NCBI RefSeq assembly: GCF_006345805.1
Contig: NC_042997.1
Span: forward strand, 1,922,001-1,986,000
DNA: 64,000 nt
From: Octopus sinensis
Taxonomy: Eukaryota
Direction of reading: 5' to 3'
Shown: positions 26,796 through 38,349 of the stretch, one piece after another
How positions within the stretch are numbered: the first letter of the stretch is position 1
How the letters are laid out: every line of letters begins with the position of its first letter
Program-made: the position numbers and the translations under genes
Notes under the pieces: generated by a model
Databases searched by the model: none
The model's input: the letters and a program-made list of their open reading frames with translations, nothing else
Told to the model about the DNA's origin: nothing

Positions 26796-28274
26796 CATAC
26801 ATACATACACACATACATGCACACATACATACAATCACTTACACACACACATATATATATATACATGTATACATACATATATATATGCATAAATATATAT
26901 GCATACAGGTATATGTCCAGAATATATATAGGTATGTATGTATGTATGTATGTATATTTGTATGTGCTTGTATATAAATAGCATGTCACGTGTGTTTCTA
27001 ATGCCACCACGTGAAATTTGAACCTAGATACGCACATGTACTTGCATGTTTATGCACAATTATAGTTACTCTATAACTTACTATTAGGCTTCCACAACGA
27101 GTTTCAATATTCATTCCTTCCTGTTGTATAATTTAACCCTGAGGTATTAGAGATCGTCAGAGAATCTGAAGGTGACAGTTAAATCTCAGTAATTACTAAA
27201 ATTAGGAGACAGTGCGATAGGATATAAATTTATTAATAAATTAATTTCCAAGTGTGTACAGACAATCAGATATTGATACAGATGTTTTCAGAAAGTATTA
27301 TTAAAGATATGTGAATGAACTGATTAAAATGCTGACGACAAAGAGAGTAATGATAATAATCCAATGTGTTGTTGATATTACTACTGCTACTAATGATGTT
27401 ACAGATGATGATACCAACCAGCAAATGAAGTATTCGCATTCGTTTCTTCATGATGATAATGATTTAAATAATAACTATGCCATGGATGGCATCACAATCA
27501 TAATGAGAGCAATGATGATATTATTGGTGCATGTATGTATATTGTACACAGCTGCAAGCAAATCATATGAGATTCATATTTTCCATAAACACCTATATTG
27601 AATAGTTGTTAAACGTTACATGGCCTGATGGAGTTTGAGATGGTGATAGATACGGTTAGTTTATCCAGTAGTATTTGCAAAGCGTATGGAGTAAGATAAC
27701 ACACTGTATACTTGTAAGACTCATTGTGAATATATGACGATATTAATGAAGCTTCCGCGAGAATTAAACTTGCTGCGATGGCAAATGAGAAAACCGTAGG
27801 AGGAGTTGATAGCAATTATGACGATGATGATGATATTCACATTCTTCACGACGATTACAAGAACTACGCACAGCGCTATATATTATGGTAGGCCAGGCTA
27901 GTTCGATTAATACAGCCAAAGAAGCCATTACCAATGCAAGACTGAATTGCTTTACAAGGAAAATCGAAAAGGCTCGAAAAGAATGCCACTAAAGAAACAA
28001 TACATAAAACGTTGAGTATTTATTGATTCTCCTCCACTGTTATCACAGCTGCTATATCTTTGTAATGTAGTCGTCTTAATTAAACATTGCCGCAGAATAT
28101 GTTTACTTCGCGATATAATTAGAAGTATATTCGTACACACATACATATGCATGTGTATTTGTATGTACGGATGTGTCTGTGAGCTTACATACATTCTCAT
28201 AGAGATTCGTGCCTGTAAATGAATATATATTCATATATACATCAACATGTAGACACGCATACATTTATATATAT

Positions 28275-28316
<42 letters not shown>

Positions 28317-28444
28317 TATTGTATAGAGGGCATTATTACACATAAATAAATGCCTCACACTAAGAGGGACAAAGTCATTACTACCAAAATTATACTAATC
28401 AACTAAATGCAGTTTTTCAAAGCAAGACATTAAAAAATGAATTT

Positions 28445-28500
28445 GTTCTGTATCACCGTGATTTCACATTCAACTTACGTCTTATGATCATCAGCAGAAC
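28445..28500 (-). ncRNA. Type I hammerhead ribozyme (retrozyme copy 1)
   Basis: guucug-CUGAUGA-ucauaagacguaaguugaaugu-GAAA-ucac g guga-UA-cagaac; 6-bp stem I, intact core, AUA triplet. Confidence 0.82.
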
Positions 28501-29016
28501 TGATTCTGAACACATCATAAATAAACAACCAACCTTACGTAGCGAAGACGAACAGACAACTGCCCACTCCGGCAAAGCACATGGAATGTTTATAAATCAT
28601 ATATCCGGTAAATGGCGAGCTTTTTACGAACTGCATGTCGGGTAATGAAAAGTATTCGGAATAAGTTTAACAATAAGGATAATCTCTTAATAAGGGATCT
28701 TAACAGAAATTATCAGGTAGTTAGCGTGAAAACCTCATAAAAGAAAAGAATTCGAAAATAATTTTTTTCTTTTGAACAATTAATTATATCTATATTGTAT
28801 AGAGGGCATTATTACACATAAATGCCTCACACTAAGAGGGACAAAGTATTACTACCAAAATTATACTAATCATACCTAAATCATACCTAAAAAGCCCGCC
28901 ATTTTACCGAGAATATGATTTATAAACATTCAATGTGCTTGGCCGGAGGGGGCAGTTGTCTGTTCGTCTTCGCTACGTAAGGTTGGTTGTTTATTATGTG
29001 TGTTCCCCCAGAATCA

Positions 29017-29071
29017 GTTCTGCTGATGATCATAGACGTAAGTTGAATGTGAAATCACGGGTGATACAGAC
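29017..29071 (+). ncRNA. Type I hammerhead ribozyme (inverted retrozyme copy)
   Basis: gttctg CTGATGA tcatagacgtaagttgaatgt GAAA tcac gg gtga TA cagac. Confidence 0.8.
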
Positions 29072-29360
29072 TAAATTCATTTTTCAAATGTCTGGCTTTG
29101 AAAAACTGCATTTAGGTATGATAGTCTAATTTTTTGGTAGTAATGACTTGTCCCTCTTAGTGTGAGGCATTTATGTGTAATAAGTGCCCTCTATACAATA
29201 TAGATATAATTAATTTGTCAAAAGAACAAAATTATTTTCGAATCTTTTCTTTTATGAGGTTTTTACGCTAAACTACCTGATAATTTCTTGTTAAGATCCC
29301 TTATACTAATCATACTAAATGCAGTTTTTCAAAGCAAGACATTTAAAAAAATTGAATTTA

Positions 29361-29414
29361 TTCTGTTATCACCGTGATTTCACATTCAACTTACGTCTTA
29401 TGATATCAGCAGAA
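29361..29414 (-). ncRNA. Hammerhead copy 3, core damaged
   Basis: Same sequence, but the core reads CUGAUA (1-nt deletion). Confidence 0.55.
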
Positions 29415-29560
29415 GAACTGATTCTGAACACATCATAAATAAACAACCAACCTACGTAGCGAAGACGAACAGAAAAAATGCCACTCCGCAGATCCCTTTT
29501 AGAGATTATCCTTAATTGTTAAAACTTATATATATAGATATATATATATATATTATATAT

Positions 29561-29616
<56 letters not shown>

Positions 29617-30619
29617 CGTGTGTGTGTGTGTGCAAAGAGAGAGAGAGAGAAACAGTGAGAGATTAAGATGGGGAAATATATAATTATTTAGTTAGTTAGA
29701 TAAATGGATAGATAAGTAACTTGGTAGGTAAATGTGTGGTTGTGGTTACGTTTCCTTCGTTCGTTTTCTAGGTGCGCATGCTTATATTCTTTCTTGTATA
29801 CATTCATATATCATATGCAATTGTAAAAATGACCAATAAACCGCAACCTCTAAGTCGGAAAAGCGAATGAATTTAGTGGAATGAATATGATGAAGATATA
29901 ACGTATTAACTGACAACAGAAACCAGATATATTGGAAAATTGTTTGGAAATTCTAAAAAAAGCGAACGTATTTATCTAACACTTCATGGCATTCCTTTCA
30001 AATGTTTTCAATATTCATTGAAATTTCTGGTCATATATCTGTAACCGTAGTTATACCTATTCGAGTATGTCTATTCTTCTATGACATTATTTAACTTTTG
30101 ATCGAAGAAACTAAAATATCCTTGAAAGGAACGTGTTTGACTATTATAAAAATTCGCGCAACCACAGCGAGATTTTCATTATTAAGCTTGTTCGAGTTTG
30201 AACTTATCATTGTGCCAGCAACAACCACCATATTACTAAATGATGTTTCGAAAAGTGTTTCAAATCATATACAAAGATATTCTTCCAAAAACAAGTGAAT
30301 TCGGTTATCTAATAACCCACCTCCATATTCTCGAGACATTTTTGCGATGTTAGAATCATTAGTGATGTTATTTTATGGAGGAATACAGCAAAGCCATTTC
30401 CAATTTGTCAGATGTAGGTTTACGTTTTTCATCAACATCGGGGTTGAGGATCGTCAATACAGCAATAAAACATATGTGACTTGGTTAGAATCTCATCAAA
30501 ATTCAGAGAGTGAAATATGTGGCTATCGAACAGAGCATCTGAATTACACGACAAAATTGAAATTATGTGTCTTATGCAGGTTACTTATCACATTAGAAAT
30601 GTTTTTTTCAGGCGCAGAG

Positions 30620-30723
30620 GAGACTGTGTCTTTAGAAGCTTGATTCCTAACAACAGCTTCAGGCCGAACAAAGCCTTGCGAATAGATTTGGCAGACAGAA
30701 TGTGGATGAAGCCCATCGTACAT

Positions 30724-30755
<32 letters not shown>

Positions 30756-30761
30756 TATAAT

Positions 30762-30798
<37 letters not shown>

Positions 30799-30855
30799 GT
30801 GTATATGTATATATATAGTATATATATTATATATATATGTATATATTATATAATG

Positions 30856-30896
<41 letters not shown>

Positions 30897-31100
30897 TATA
30901 TATATATTCATATATATCTATATATATATTATATATATTTATATGTGGGTGTGTGTTTGTGTATCGTTTGAACCTCCACCGTTACGCCACAGGTATTCGT
31001 ACGGTCACGTCCGCGTAGCCTAGAGCTCGGCAAAAGATAACGGTAGAATACGTCACAGGCTACACAAAAAATAACTGCTGGAGACGTTTCATTCGATTAG
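30620..31100 (+). mobile_element. Degenerate SINE (37254 family) split by an expanded internal (AT)n
   Basis: ggccgaacaaagccttgcgaatagatttggcagac..gaagcccatcgta, then a 3' part resembling 40320-40505. Confidence 0.55.
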
Positions 31101-31256
31101 ACGTTTCATTCAATGCGGTGACCCAGTGTGGCTGCAGTCTAATGTCCGAAGCAAATAAAATGTTAACATATATATATATATATATATATAAAATATATAA
31201 TATATATATACATACACGGACACAGACACACACACACAAAACACACACAAATATTA

Positions 31257-31293
<37 letters not shown>

Positions 31294-31317
31294 TTGTAAA
31301 AAATGTTTATATATATA

Positions 31318-31359
<42 letters not shown>

Positions 31360-31450
31360 TATATATATAGGATTAGCTCGTATACGAGTAGGTATATATT
31401 GTAAAAAATGAAGTTCGAAAATGCTGCTGTATTATACATTTTTAATTTTT

Positions 31451-31510
31451 ATATATACATTATAACATGTTTCAGTTCTGAAATGAACCTTATCAAAAAA
31501 AGTTATATAT
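31451..31510 (-). ncRNA. Minimal hammerhead, U3:A8 variant (3' pLTR)
   Basis: UUGAUAA-g guuc auuuca gaac u-GAAA-caug-UU; palindromic stem III aacauguu; AU-rich imperfect stem I. Confidence 0.6.
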
Positions 31511-31814
31511 AAAAAAAAAGACAGCTCATGCCGTCAAACACAAGAAATTCATTATAATACAACACGGAGTCAGACATCTTAGAGTTCATGCATAGTTGAT
31601 ATATAGTTCATGTATAGTTGATATATAGTTTGAATAGATGTTCAAAGTGTTCGATGCAGTGGCCCACGGTGGCGATACGTATTCAATACAAAAAACAGAT
31701 CAAAGTGGTGGAAAGCGGTCAATACAGAAGATTGATGTTTCCGAAAGAGCGAGGAATTCATTTTTACCTTAAGCAATTGTGATGACCCATGGTGGAAGTT
31801 CAAGGGTGGTTCTA

Positions 31815-32300
31815 GTGAGTTTTTGTGAAATGCTCGGTTTTATAATGCCTGTTAGGTGGTCAATCTAGCGTAGCGTGACGTCATCAATGTTTTGACCAAT
31901 CGTTTCGTTAGGTGGCTTTAATCAGGTAGAACGGGACGTCATCATTATTTTGACCAATCGCTGCATTATACTCCCTCTGTTGTTTCCTGTTTTGACCAGT
32001 CGCTTCGTTAGTCAAGTAGAACGGGACGTCATCATTATTTTGACCAATCGCTGCATTATATCTGCCTCTGTTTGTTTCCTGTTTTGATCGGTCGCTTCGT
32101 TAGTCAAGCAGTGCGGGACGTCATCCAGATTCTGCCCAATCACGACTTATAGCTACATTAGATCTGCCCCCTGTCTGTACTTGTTAGGTGACTATTCAAG
32201 CAGAAAAGAGACGTCATCATATTCTGACTAATGACTGTTCCTGTTTGTATCCTGTCCATTCTAGCAGAGCTAGACGTCATCAACTTGTTGACCAATCAGA
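31815..32300 (-). promoter_or_regulatory. pLTR promoter array (CCAAT, GACGTC/CRE, TATA) in ~84-bp tandem repeats
   Basis: Repeated gacgtcatc...ccaatc modules; ttttata at ~31838-31844 is TATAAAA on minus. Confidence 0.55.
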
Positions 32301-32469
32301 ATCGGGTCTGACGCTTAGCTGTATTGTATGTATCAGGGTCAGATTTGCACGAAAGAATTTTTTTCCTTTTTACTGAGGCATATTTCCGTCAGAGTGAGTG
32401 TCTGTTTGAAGTAGCGGCCGCCGTGGTGAAATTTGGTTCTCCTTTTCGGAGGATATCTTTTGTTTTAGT

Positions 32470-35400
32470 ATTCCTGGCCCAGGGTGTTTAAACTTGGTCT
32501 AAAATTTTTTTATGAAATATAGTTCTTTATTTTGGCGTTGTGTGAAGGTTGCGTTGTCACAACGGGTTAGTTGTAAATTTCGGATTTACATTTCCAGCAC
32601 ATCTACCTATGTGTCCGCTGACCGGTATTTTGCGGTAATAAGGTTTCTAATTTGTGATTTATGCACCGCCATCCTGTTACGTAAGCTATTTTTTGTATGG
32701 CCTATATATGCCTATTGCAGCCTGCGCATGTTATGACGTAAATTAAGTTTTCTGATGCGCAGGTGAAGTTTGTTCTAATGGTGAACTGGTGGCCTTGTTC
32801 CAGTATAAATTCTGATCCTTCTTTCAAGATGACACAGATTCCGCAGTTGGGCCTTCCACATTTTCTAACTGCTGGTTTTGTGGTTGATGTTGAGTGCAGT
32901 GTAGCTTGGGTTAAAATCCTTTTCAAGGATTTTGGTTGCCGTTTACTTTAATGATGGTGTGTGTTTCGAGGATCCGGTCATCTTTGGGTCTCCCTTTAGT
33001 AGGGCTGTGCTTTGTAGTATGGTGTGTTGAAGGCCTCATTGTTGAGTGGGTTGTGTGTAGAGATGTAGGGAAGGTTTTTAATTGTTTTATTTTTTGGTTT
33101 TGTTTGTCTCAGGTCTCTATAATTAATTTAAGTACCCGTTGGATTGCACTGTCTATTAGGGGCTGTGGATAGTTTCTATTTGTGAGTGTGGTTCTAAGTT
33201 CCTGGAGACGTGTGTGTCGGGTGTTTGTGTCTGATATTATGGTTGCAAATCCTTCTAGCTAAACAAAAAGGGACATTCATTCTAGTGTGTCGTGGGGGCA
33301 TGAATCAAAGGGTAGGTACTGTTTAGAGTCTGTCGGTTTATAGTAGATATCTGTCTCTATTTTGTTGCCGGTTTTCTTAATGAGGATGTCTAAAAAACGG
33401 TAATTATTCTTTTCGTTGTGGTCCATCGTGAATTGTATATTGTCATTTATTCCATTTAATGTATTTAAATTCCTCAAGTTTCTCTATGCCTTTGTCCCAG
33501 ATGATGAAACAGTCATCGAGTATCTTTTCCAGTTGTTATGGATATAGGTGGCGAAGGTGTTTCCATATTTCTCGAGTGTCATCCGGTATAGTATTTTCTC
33601 GAGGTATCCCATCACTAGGTTGGCAAAAGATGGTGGCAGTACGCGTGCCATCGCTGTTCCCGATCTTTGCCTGTAGAAATCATTGTCAAAAATAAAATAA
33701 TTGTTCTCTAAAATGAATCTAAGTCCTTCTATTATAAGGTCTTTGTTTATGCGAGTTGGGAGTTCAAAGGGGTAGTTATTCAGCCAGAAGGTGATCGCTT
33801 CTATTCCTAGGTTGTGAGGGATGTTAGAATAAAGATTAACTTCGTCGAATGATACTAGAAGGGTTTTCTCATTGACTGTTTTAGGGAGGTGGTTGAGCAT
33901 ATCTATATCGTCTCTTACGTAGCTTTTGATGTGTTTTAGGAAAGGTTTAAGAAGTGTGTCTAAGAAATTGCTGAGGCGGTGAGTTTCACATGCTGGCCCT
34001 GCGATTATCGGTCTTAGTTTAAGATCATTTGGTGAAGGGATTTTGATGAGTGTGTCGGTGGATGTTTTGCACGTTTCTCTAATGGTTTGGCTTTTGTGTA
34101 CCTTAGGGATACCATAGAACAAACTCGATTTGAATTTGAAGTTGTGATGTATTCATACTCCTTGTTCGTGAGTCCTTCTTGGTATGTGTTGATTAATGCT
34201 AAGGTTATGCATTATTTTTGCTGGTTATACTGTTGGGCCCTGAGGTCGTTCCATTCTCTTTGTTGAAGTTAGGGCTGTGTTTTTGTTTCTTGATGAATTG
34301 AAACGGGAAATAGTTATGTAGTCACAATAGCGGTCTAAGGCTTTATTCTTACCTTTGGTGGGGGTGTAATTGCTCTTGTTTCTAGATATTGAGTCCTCCT
34401 CATTGTTTGTCTTGAAATGCCTCGGTGAGTCTTAGTTTTCTGCAAAATTCCGAAATATCATCTTTTCATTTAATAATTAGAACGTGTGGGGTGGGTGTAA
34501 ATTTAAGTCCTTTGGAGAGTATGCTTATTTCGTTAGGTGTAAGTTCTTTGTTTGAGAGATTGATTATCTTAATTACCTGAGGTTCTTTTGTTTGTCCTTT
34601 GCCATCGTGTGTCCCTGTTCCTGTGTGTGGGGTCTAAAAATGGGTGGTGTAGTTATGTTCAAAGCTATTATTTATCTGTTCATGTTGTTATAATTGTCAG
34701 AGTGAGTTGTGGTGCTCTGTTCTGGAGTCTGTGTTGAACCTAGTGTTACGTCTTAGTTCCCAGGTATATTGTGTTGGTAGTTGTTTCCTCTGTAGTGCAT
34801 TTGTTGTTTGTATGGTTGTATGGTTGGTTCCTGGGGTGGATGTTGGTAGTAGCGTTTTGGTTTGGTATGTGGGTTGTATTTTATAGTATTGTATGTTGTG
34901 GCTCTTAGGTTCGTGGAATGGTGTGGTGGGACCCTATAAGTGTTTTGGGGTTGGTGTAGGTAGTGTGGGGTGCGTTTAAATGCATTTTTCTGTTGTAGAG
35001 TGTGTTTGGATTTCTTGGTGGTTGTTCTGCTCTGTTGGTATGTCTATTTTCGAACTGGTGTGGTGGGCCTCTGTAGGTGTTTGGGGTTGGTGTAGGTAGT
35101 GTGGGTGTGTTTTAGGTGTACTTTTCTGGTGTAGAGTGTGGTAGGATTTCTTGGTGTTGTTCCGTTCTATTGGTATTTGGTTTTGATTTGCTTAATTTTA
35201 TGAAGGGGTTGTTGGATATGTGTTCATTTTTGAAGTTGGTTTCATAATCTAGAAACCAGATGGCGCTCTTTTCCCATCGTTGGAGGGACTTAAGTTCCTC
35301 TTTTTCACATTCTTCATTCCATAGTGCTGGTAATGTTTCAGTATTGTTGTCGTCTATTAGTTTGATGACTTCTTCGTTGATTTCCTCGTCTATGGTTTTA

Positions 35401-35960
35401 CTTTTTCTTCATTCGTTTTAGCTCTCAGCTTAAGTAGTTCTATTTCCATCTTCATTTTTTCTAATGACGTTTTTTCTCTAAGTTTTCTTGTTTTCCGAGA
35501 TGGGTTTGATTTGTAATTTACGGGGTATGACTAGGGTGTTGAGTCTAGCCATTTTTGGTAAATCTCTGCTTTATTCTGATTTTGTATCATTTTCCAAAAA
35601 GCGAATTTTCTGTTTCGCTGTAGTGTTCTCCATTGGGGGAGGACTTGGTTCTTTATTTGTAATGTTGAAGTTGCTGTTGAAGTTGCTCGGTTCTTCTCAT
35701 GTGTTCCTTCTTTTTGTTGCTCTTGTTTCGTAAAGTTTGTGAAGAATGTCGTCATTGTATCGCATAGATTTTCAACTTTCTCGAATATTTCGGAGGGTGT
35801 TTTATTCGATTCGGTTTCCTCGTTAGTTTGTGTAGAAGGTCGAGGTGTTAGTGAGTTTGTTTGTTTAACACTGCTGTTAGGTTTGAATTTATGCTTTTCA
35901 ATTCTTTCAGTATCTCTTCATTTATTGAGGAGATGTCGTGGTGTCTTTTTTAGCAGGCAT
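32470..35960 (-). pseudogene. PLE polyprotein (long N-terminal region, RT, GIY-YIG), multiply frameshifted
   Basis: IINLSNKELTPNEISILSKGLKFTPTP; FYGIPKVHK; LRPII; LVSFD.VNLYSNIP; YRQRSGTAM; FLDI; CGRPNCGIC; CASENLIYVITCAGC; FIKKFRPSLN. Confidence 0.92.
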
Positions 35961-36079
35961 TTTCGGGAGCTCGTACGTGATATGATATTTATAATAGGAT
36001 TAGCTCGTATACGAGTATGTATATATTTGTAAAAAATGAAGTTCGAAAATGCTGCTGTATTATACAATTTTTAATTTTT

Positions 36080-36140
36080 ATATATACATTATAACATGTT
36101 TCAGTTCCTGAAATGAACCTTATCAAAAAAAGTTATATAT
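36080..36140 (-). ncRNA. Minimal hammerhead, U3:A8 variant (direct 5' pLTR piece)
   Basis: Core identical to 31451-31510. Confidence 0.6.
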
Positions 36141-36279
36141 AAAAGAAGACAGCTCATGCTAGAATGGACAGGATACAAACAGGGGACAGTCATTAGTCAG
36201 AATATTGATGACGTCCTTTTCTGCTTGAATAGTCACCTAACAAGTACAGACAGGGGGAAGATCTAATGTAGCTATAAGT

Positions 36280-36615
36280 CGTGATTGGGCAGAATCTGGA
36301 TGACGTCCCGCTCTGCTTGACTAACGAAGCGACTGATCAAAACAGGAAACAAACAAGAGGCAGATATAATGCAGCGATTGGTCAAAAAAATGATGACGTC
36401 CCGTTCTACTTGACTAACGAAGCGACTGGTCAAAACAGGAAACAAACAAGAGGGAGTTATAATGCAGCGATTGGTCAAAAATAATGATGACGTCCCGTTC
36501 TACTTGATTAAAGCCACCTAACGAAACGATTGGTCAAAACATTGATGACGTCACGCTACGCTAGATTGACCACCTAACAGGCATTATAAAACGAGCATTT
36601 CACAAAAACTCACTA
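36280..36615 (+). promoter_or_regulatory. Outward-facing copy of the pLTR promoter
   Basis: ATTGG x4, TGACGTCA at 36546-36553, TATAAAA at 36585-36591, Inr-like TCACT at ~36610. Confidence 0.55.
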
Positions 36616-36918
36616 GAACCACCCAGCGAACTTCCACCATGGGTCATCACAATTGCTTAAGGTAAAAATGAATTCCTCGCTCTTTCGGAAACATCAATCT
36701 TCTGTATTGACCGCTTTCCACCACTTTGATCTGTTTTTTGTATTGAATACGTATCGCCACCGTGGGCCACTGCATCGAACACTTTGAACATATACTTCAA
36801 ACTATATATCAACTATACATGAACTATATATCAACTATACATGAACTCTAAGCTGTCTGACTCCGTTGTGTATTATAAATGAATTTCTTGTGTTTGACGG
36901 CATGAGCTGTCTTTTTTT

Positions 36919-36978
36919 ATATATAACTTTTTTTGATAAGGTTCATTTCAGGAACTGAAACATGTTATAATGTATATA
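36919..36978 (+). ncRNA. Minimal hammerhead, U3:A8 variant (inverted pLTR)
   Basis: TTGATAA at 36933-36939, g gttc atttcag gaac t, GAAA at 36957-36960, catg TT. Confidence 0.6.
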
Positions 36979-37059
36979 TAAAAATTAAAAATTGTATAAT
37001 ACAGCAGCATTTTCGAACTTCATTTTTACAAATATATACCTACTCGTATACGAGCTAAT

Positions 37060-37107
<48 letters not shown>

Positions 37108-37206
37108 ATATATATAATATATATATACATATATAACATTTTGTATATTTTTATCAAATAATAATAATTTTGTGGTCAATTGTTGTTGATATATATATAT
37201 ATATAT

Positions 37207-37250
<44 letters not shown>

Positions 37251-37253
37251 TAT

Positions 37254-37420
37254 TGGCGCAGAAATGGCTGTGTGGTAAGTAGCTTGTTTACCAACCACAT
37301 GGTTCCAGGTTCAGCCCACTGCATGGCACCTTGGACAAGTGTCTTCTACTATAGCCTCGGGCCGACCAAAGCCCTGTGAGTGGATTTGGTAGACGGAAAC
37401 TGAAAGAAGCCTGTCGTATA
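37254..37420 (+). mobile_element. tRNA-derived SINE
   Basis: ggcgcagaaatggctgtgtggtaag..ggttcagcccactgc..ttggacaagtgtcttctactatagcc; at least 5 relatives in the window. Confidence 0.85.
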
Positions 37421-37448
37421 TATGTATATATATGTATATATGATATAT

Positions 37449-37528
<80 letters not shown>

Positions 37529-38349
37529 GTATATATGTATGTACACCTATGTGTGCATGTGTGTGAGTGCATGAGTATGTATGTGTCTGGTTGTGCATGA
37601 ATACGTTTGTTTATATATGCTTGTATTTACAAATTCACATACCAACATATATTTGTGCAATATTTTGAGGTTATATCTATTGAAATTATGTTATTATATA
37701 AGGACTTCATAAAAGAATAATGCATTTACTTAATAATCAGTATCAATGGATTGAATTATGCGATTATATTTTAGAGAATGTCTCTACTCAAAAGTATTTT
37801 CTGAAGGGACAAATAGATACGTTTTTGTTAGCTAATGTGATTAGCATTTGTTGAAAATATAAAAGTACAATTTTGCTAATAATAGCTTTTATACGCTAGA
37901 ATATTTTTCACGTAGTCTCGCGTTTATTTCCTCTAGAAATTCGACTGTGTATTTAATAATCAATTTATCACATATCTAACAACTGTACTATGCAGATATC
38001 ATAATCACTTCATTGGGCATAATTACGGGATTACGAAATACGATCACGATGCATTATAGGAAAGACAGCGTATGATTTAATAGGGAACTAAGATATAGAA
38101 TTATGATTTAGATAGCAACAAAGAAGTACCTACTTAGTTTCAGAATTAGTTTCATGTCGAAATATTTTATTGGTTATAATATTGTTAAATTTATTCCTAA
38201 GTTGCATCCATGTTTTATATTATGTGTGTAGTATGCGTTTTGTCATGTAGAATTTTAAATAACTGATATCGAGGCGCTTTAAATTGTGTTAATGTAGCCA
38301 TTTTACCTAGCATTGGATGTACCGTAAATTCTGCAGGTATTGTTTATAA

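Larger units (their letters stand above)
28316..29528 (-). mobile_element. Retrozyme-like non-coding element: ~476-bp HHR-bearing unit in tandem and inverted copies
   Basis: gtatagagggc recurs at 28321 and 28797; inverted copy ~28888-29304; direct piece 29301-29490; inverted piece 29491-29528; (AT)n on both sides; no credible ORF. Confidence 0.8.
31369..37063 (-). mobile_element. Near-full-length Neptune-type PLE with partial direct and inverted 5' pseudo-LTRs
   Basis: 3' pLTR 31369-~32470; coding 32470-35960; direct partial pLTR 35995-36159; 36157-37063 is the reverse complement of 31369-32266; both ends in (AT)n. Confidence 0.93.

Noticed and set aside
27280-27860. D/N/M-rich ORFs
   Set aside because: Decayed (GAT)n low-complexity sequence
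31870-32300. Regularly spaced repeats resembling a CRISPR array (also 54222-54830)
   Set aside because: Spacers are themselves repeated; no cas genes; eukaryotic transposon context
31369-37063. Long-TIR DNA transposon or LTR retrotransposon interpretation
   Set aside because: Encodes PLE RT plus GIY-YIG with no transposase or integrase; the repeats are pseudo-LTR copies
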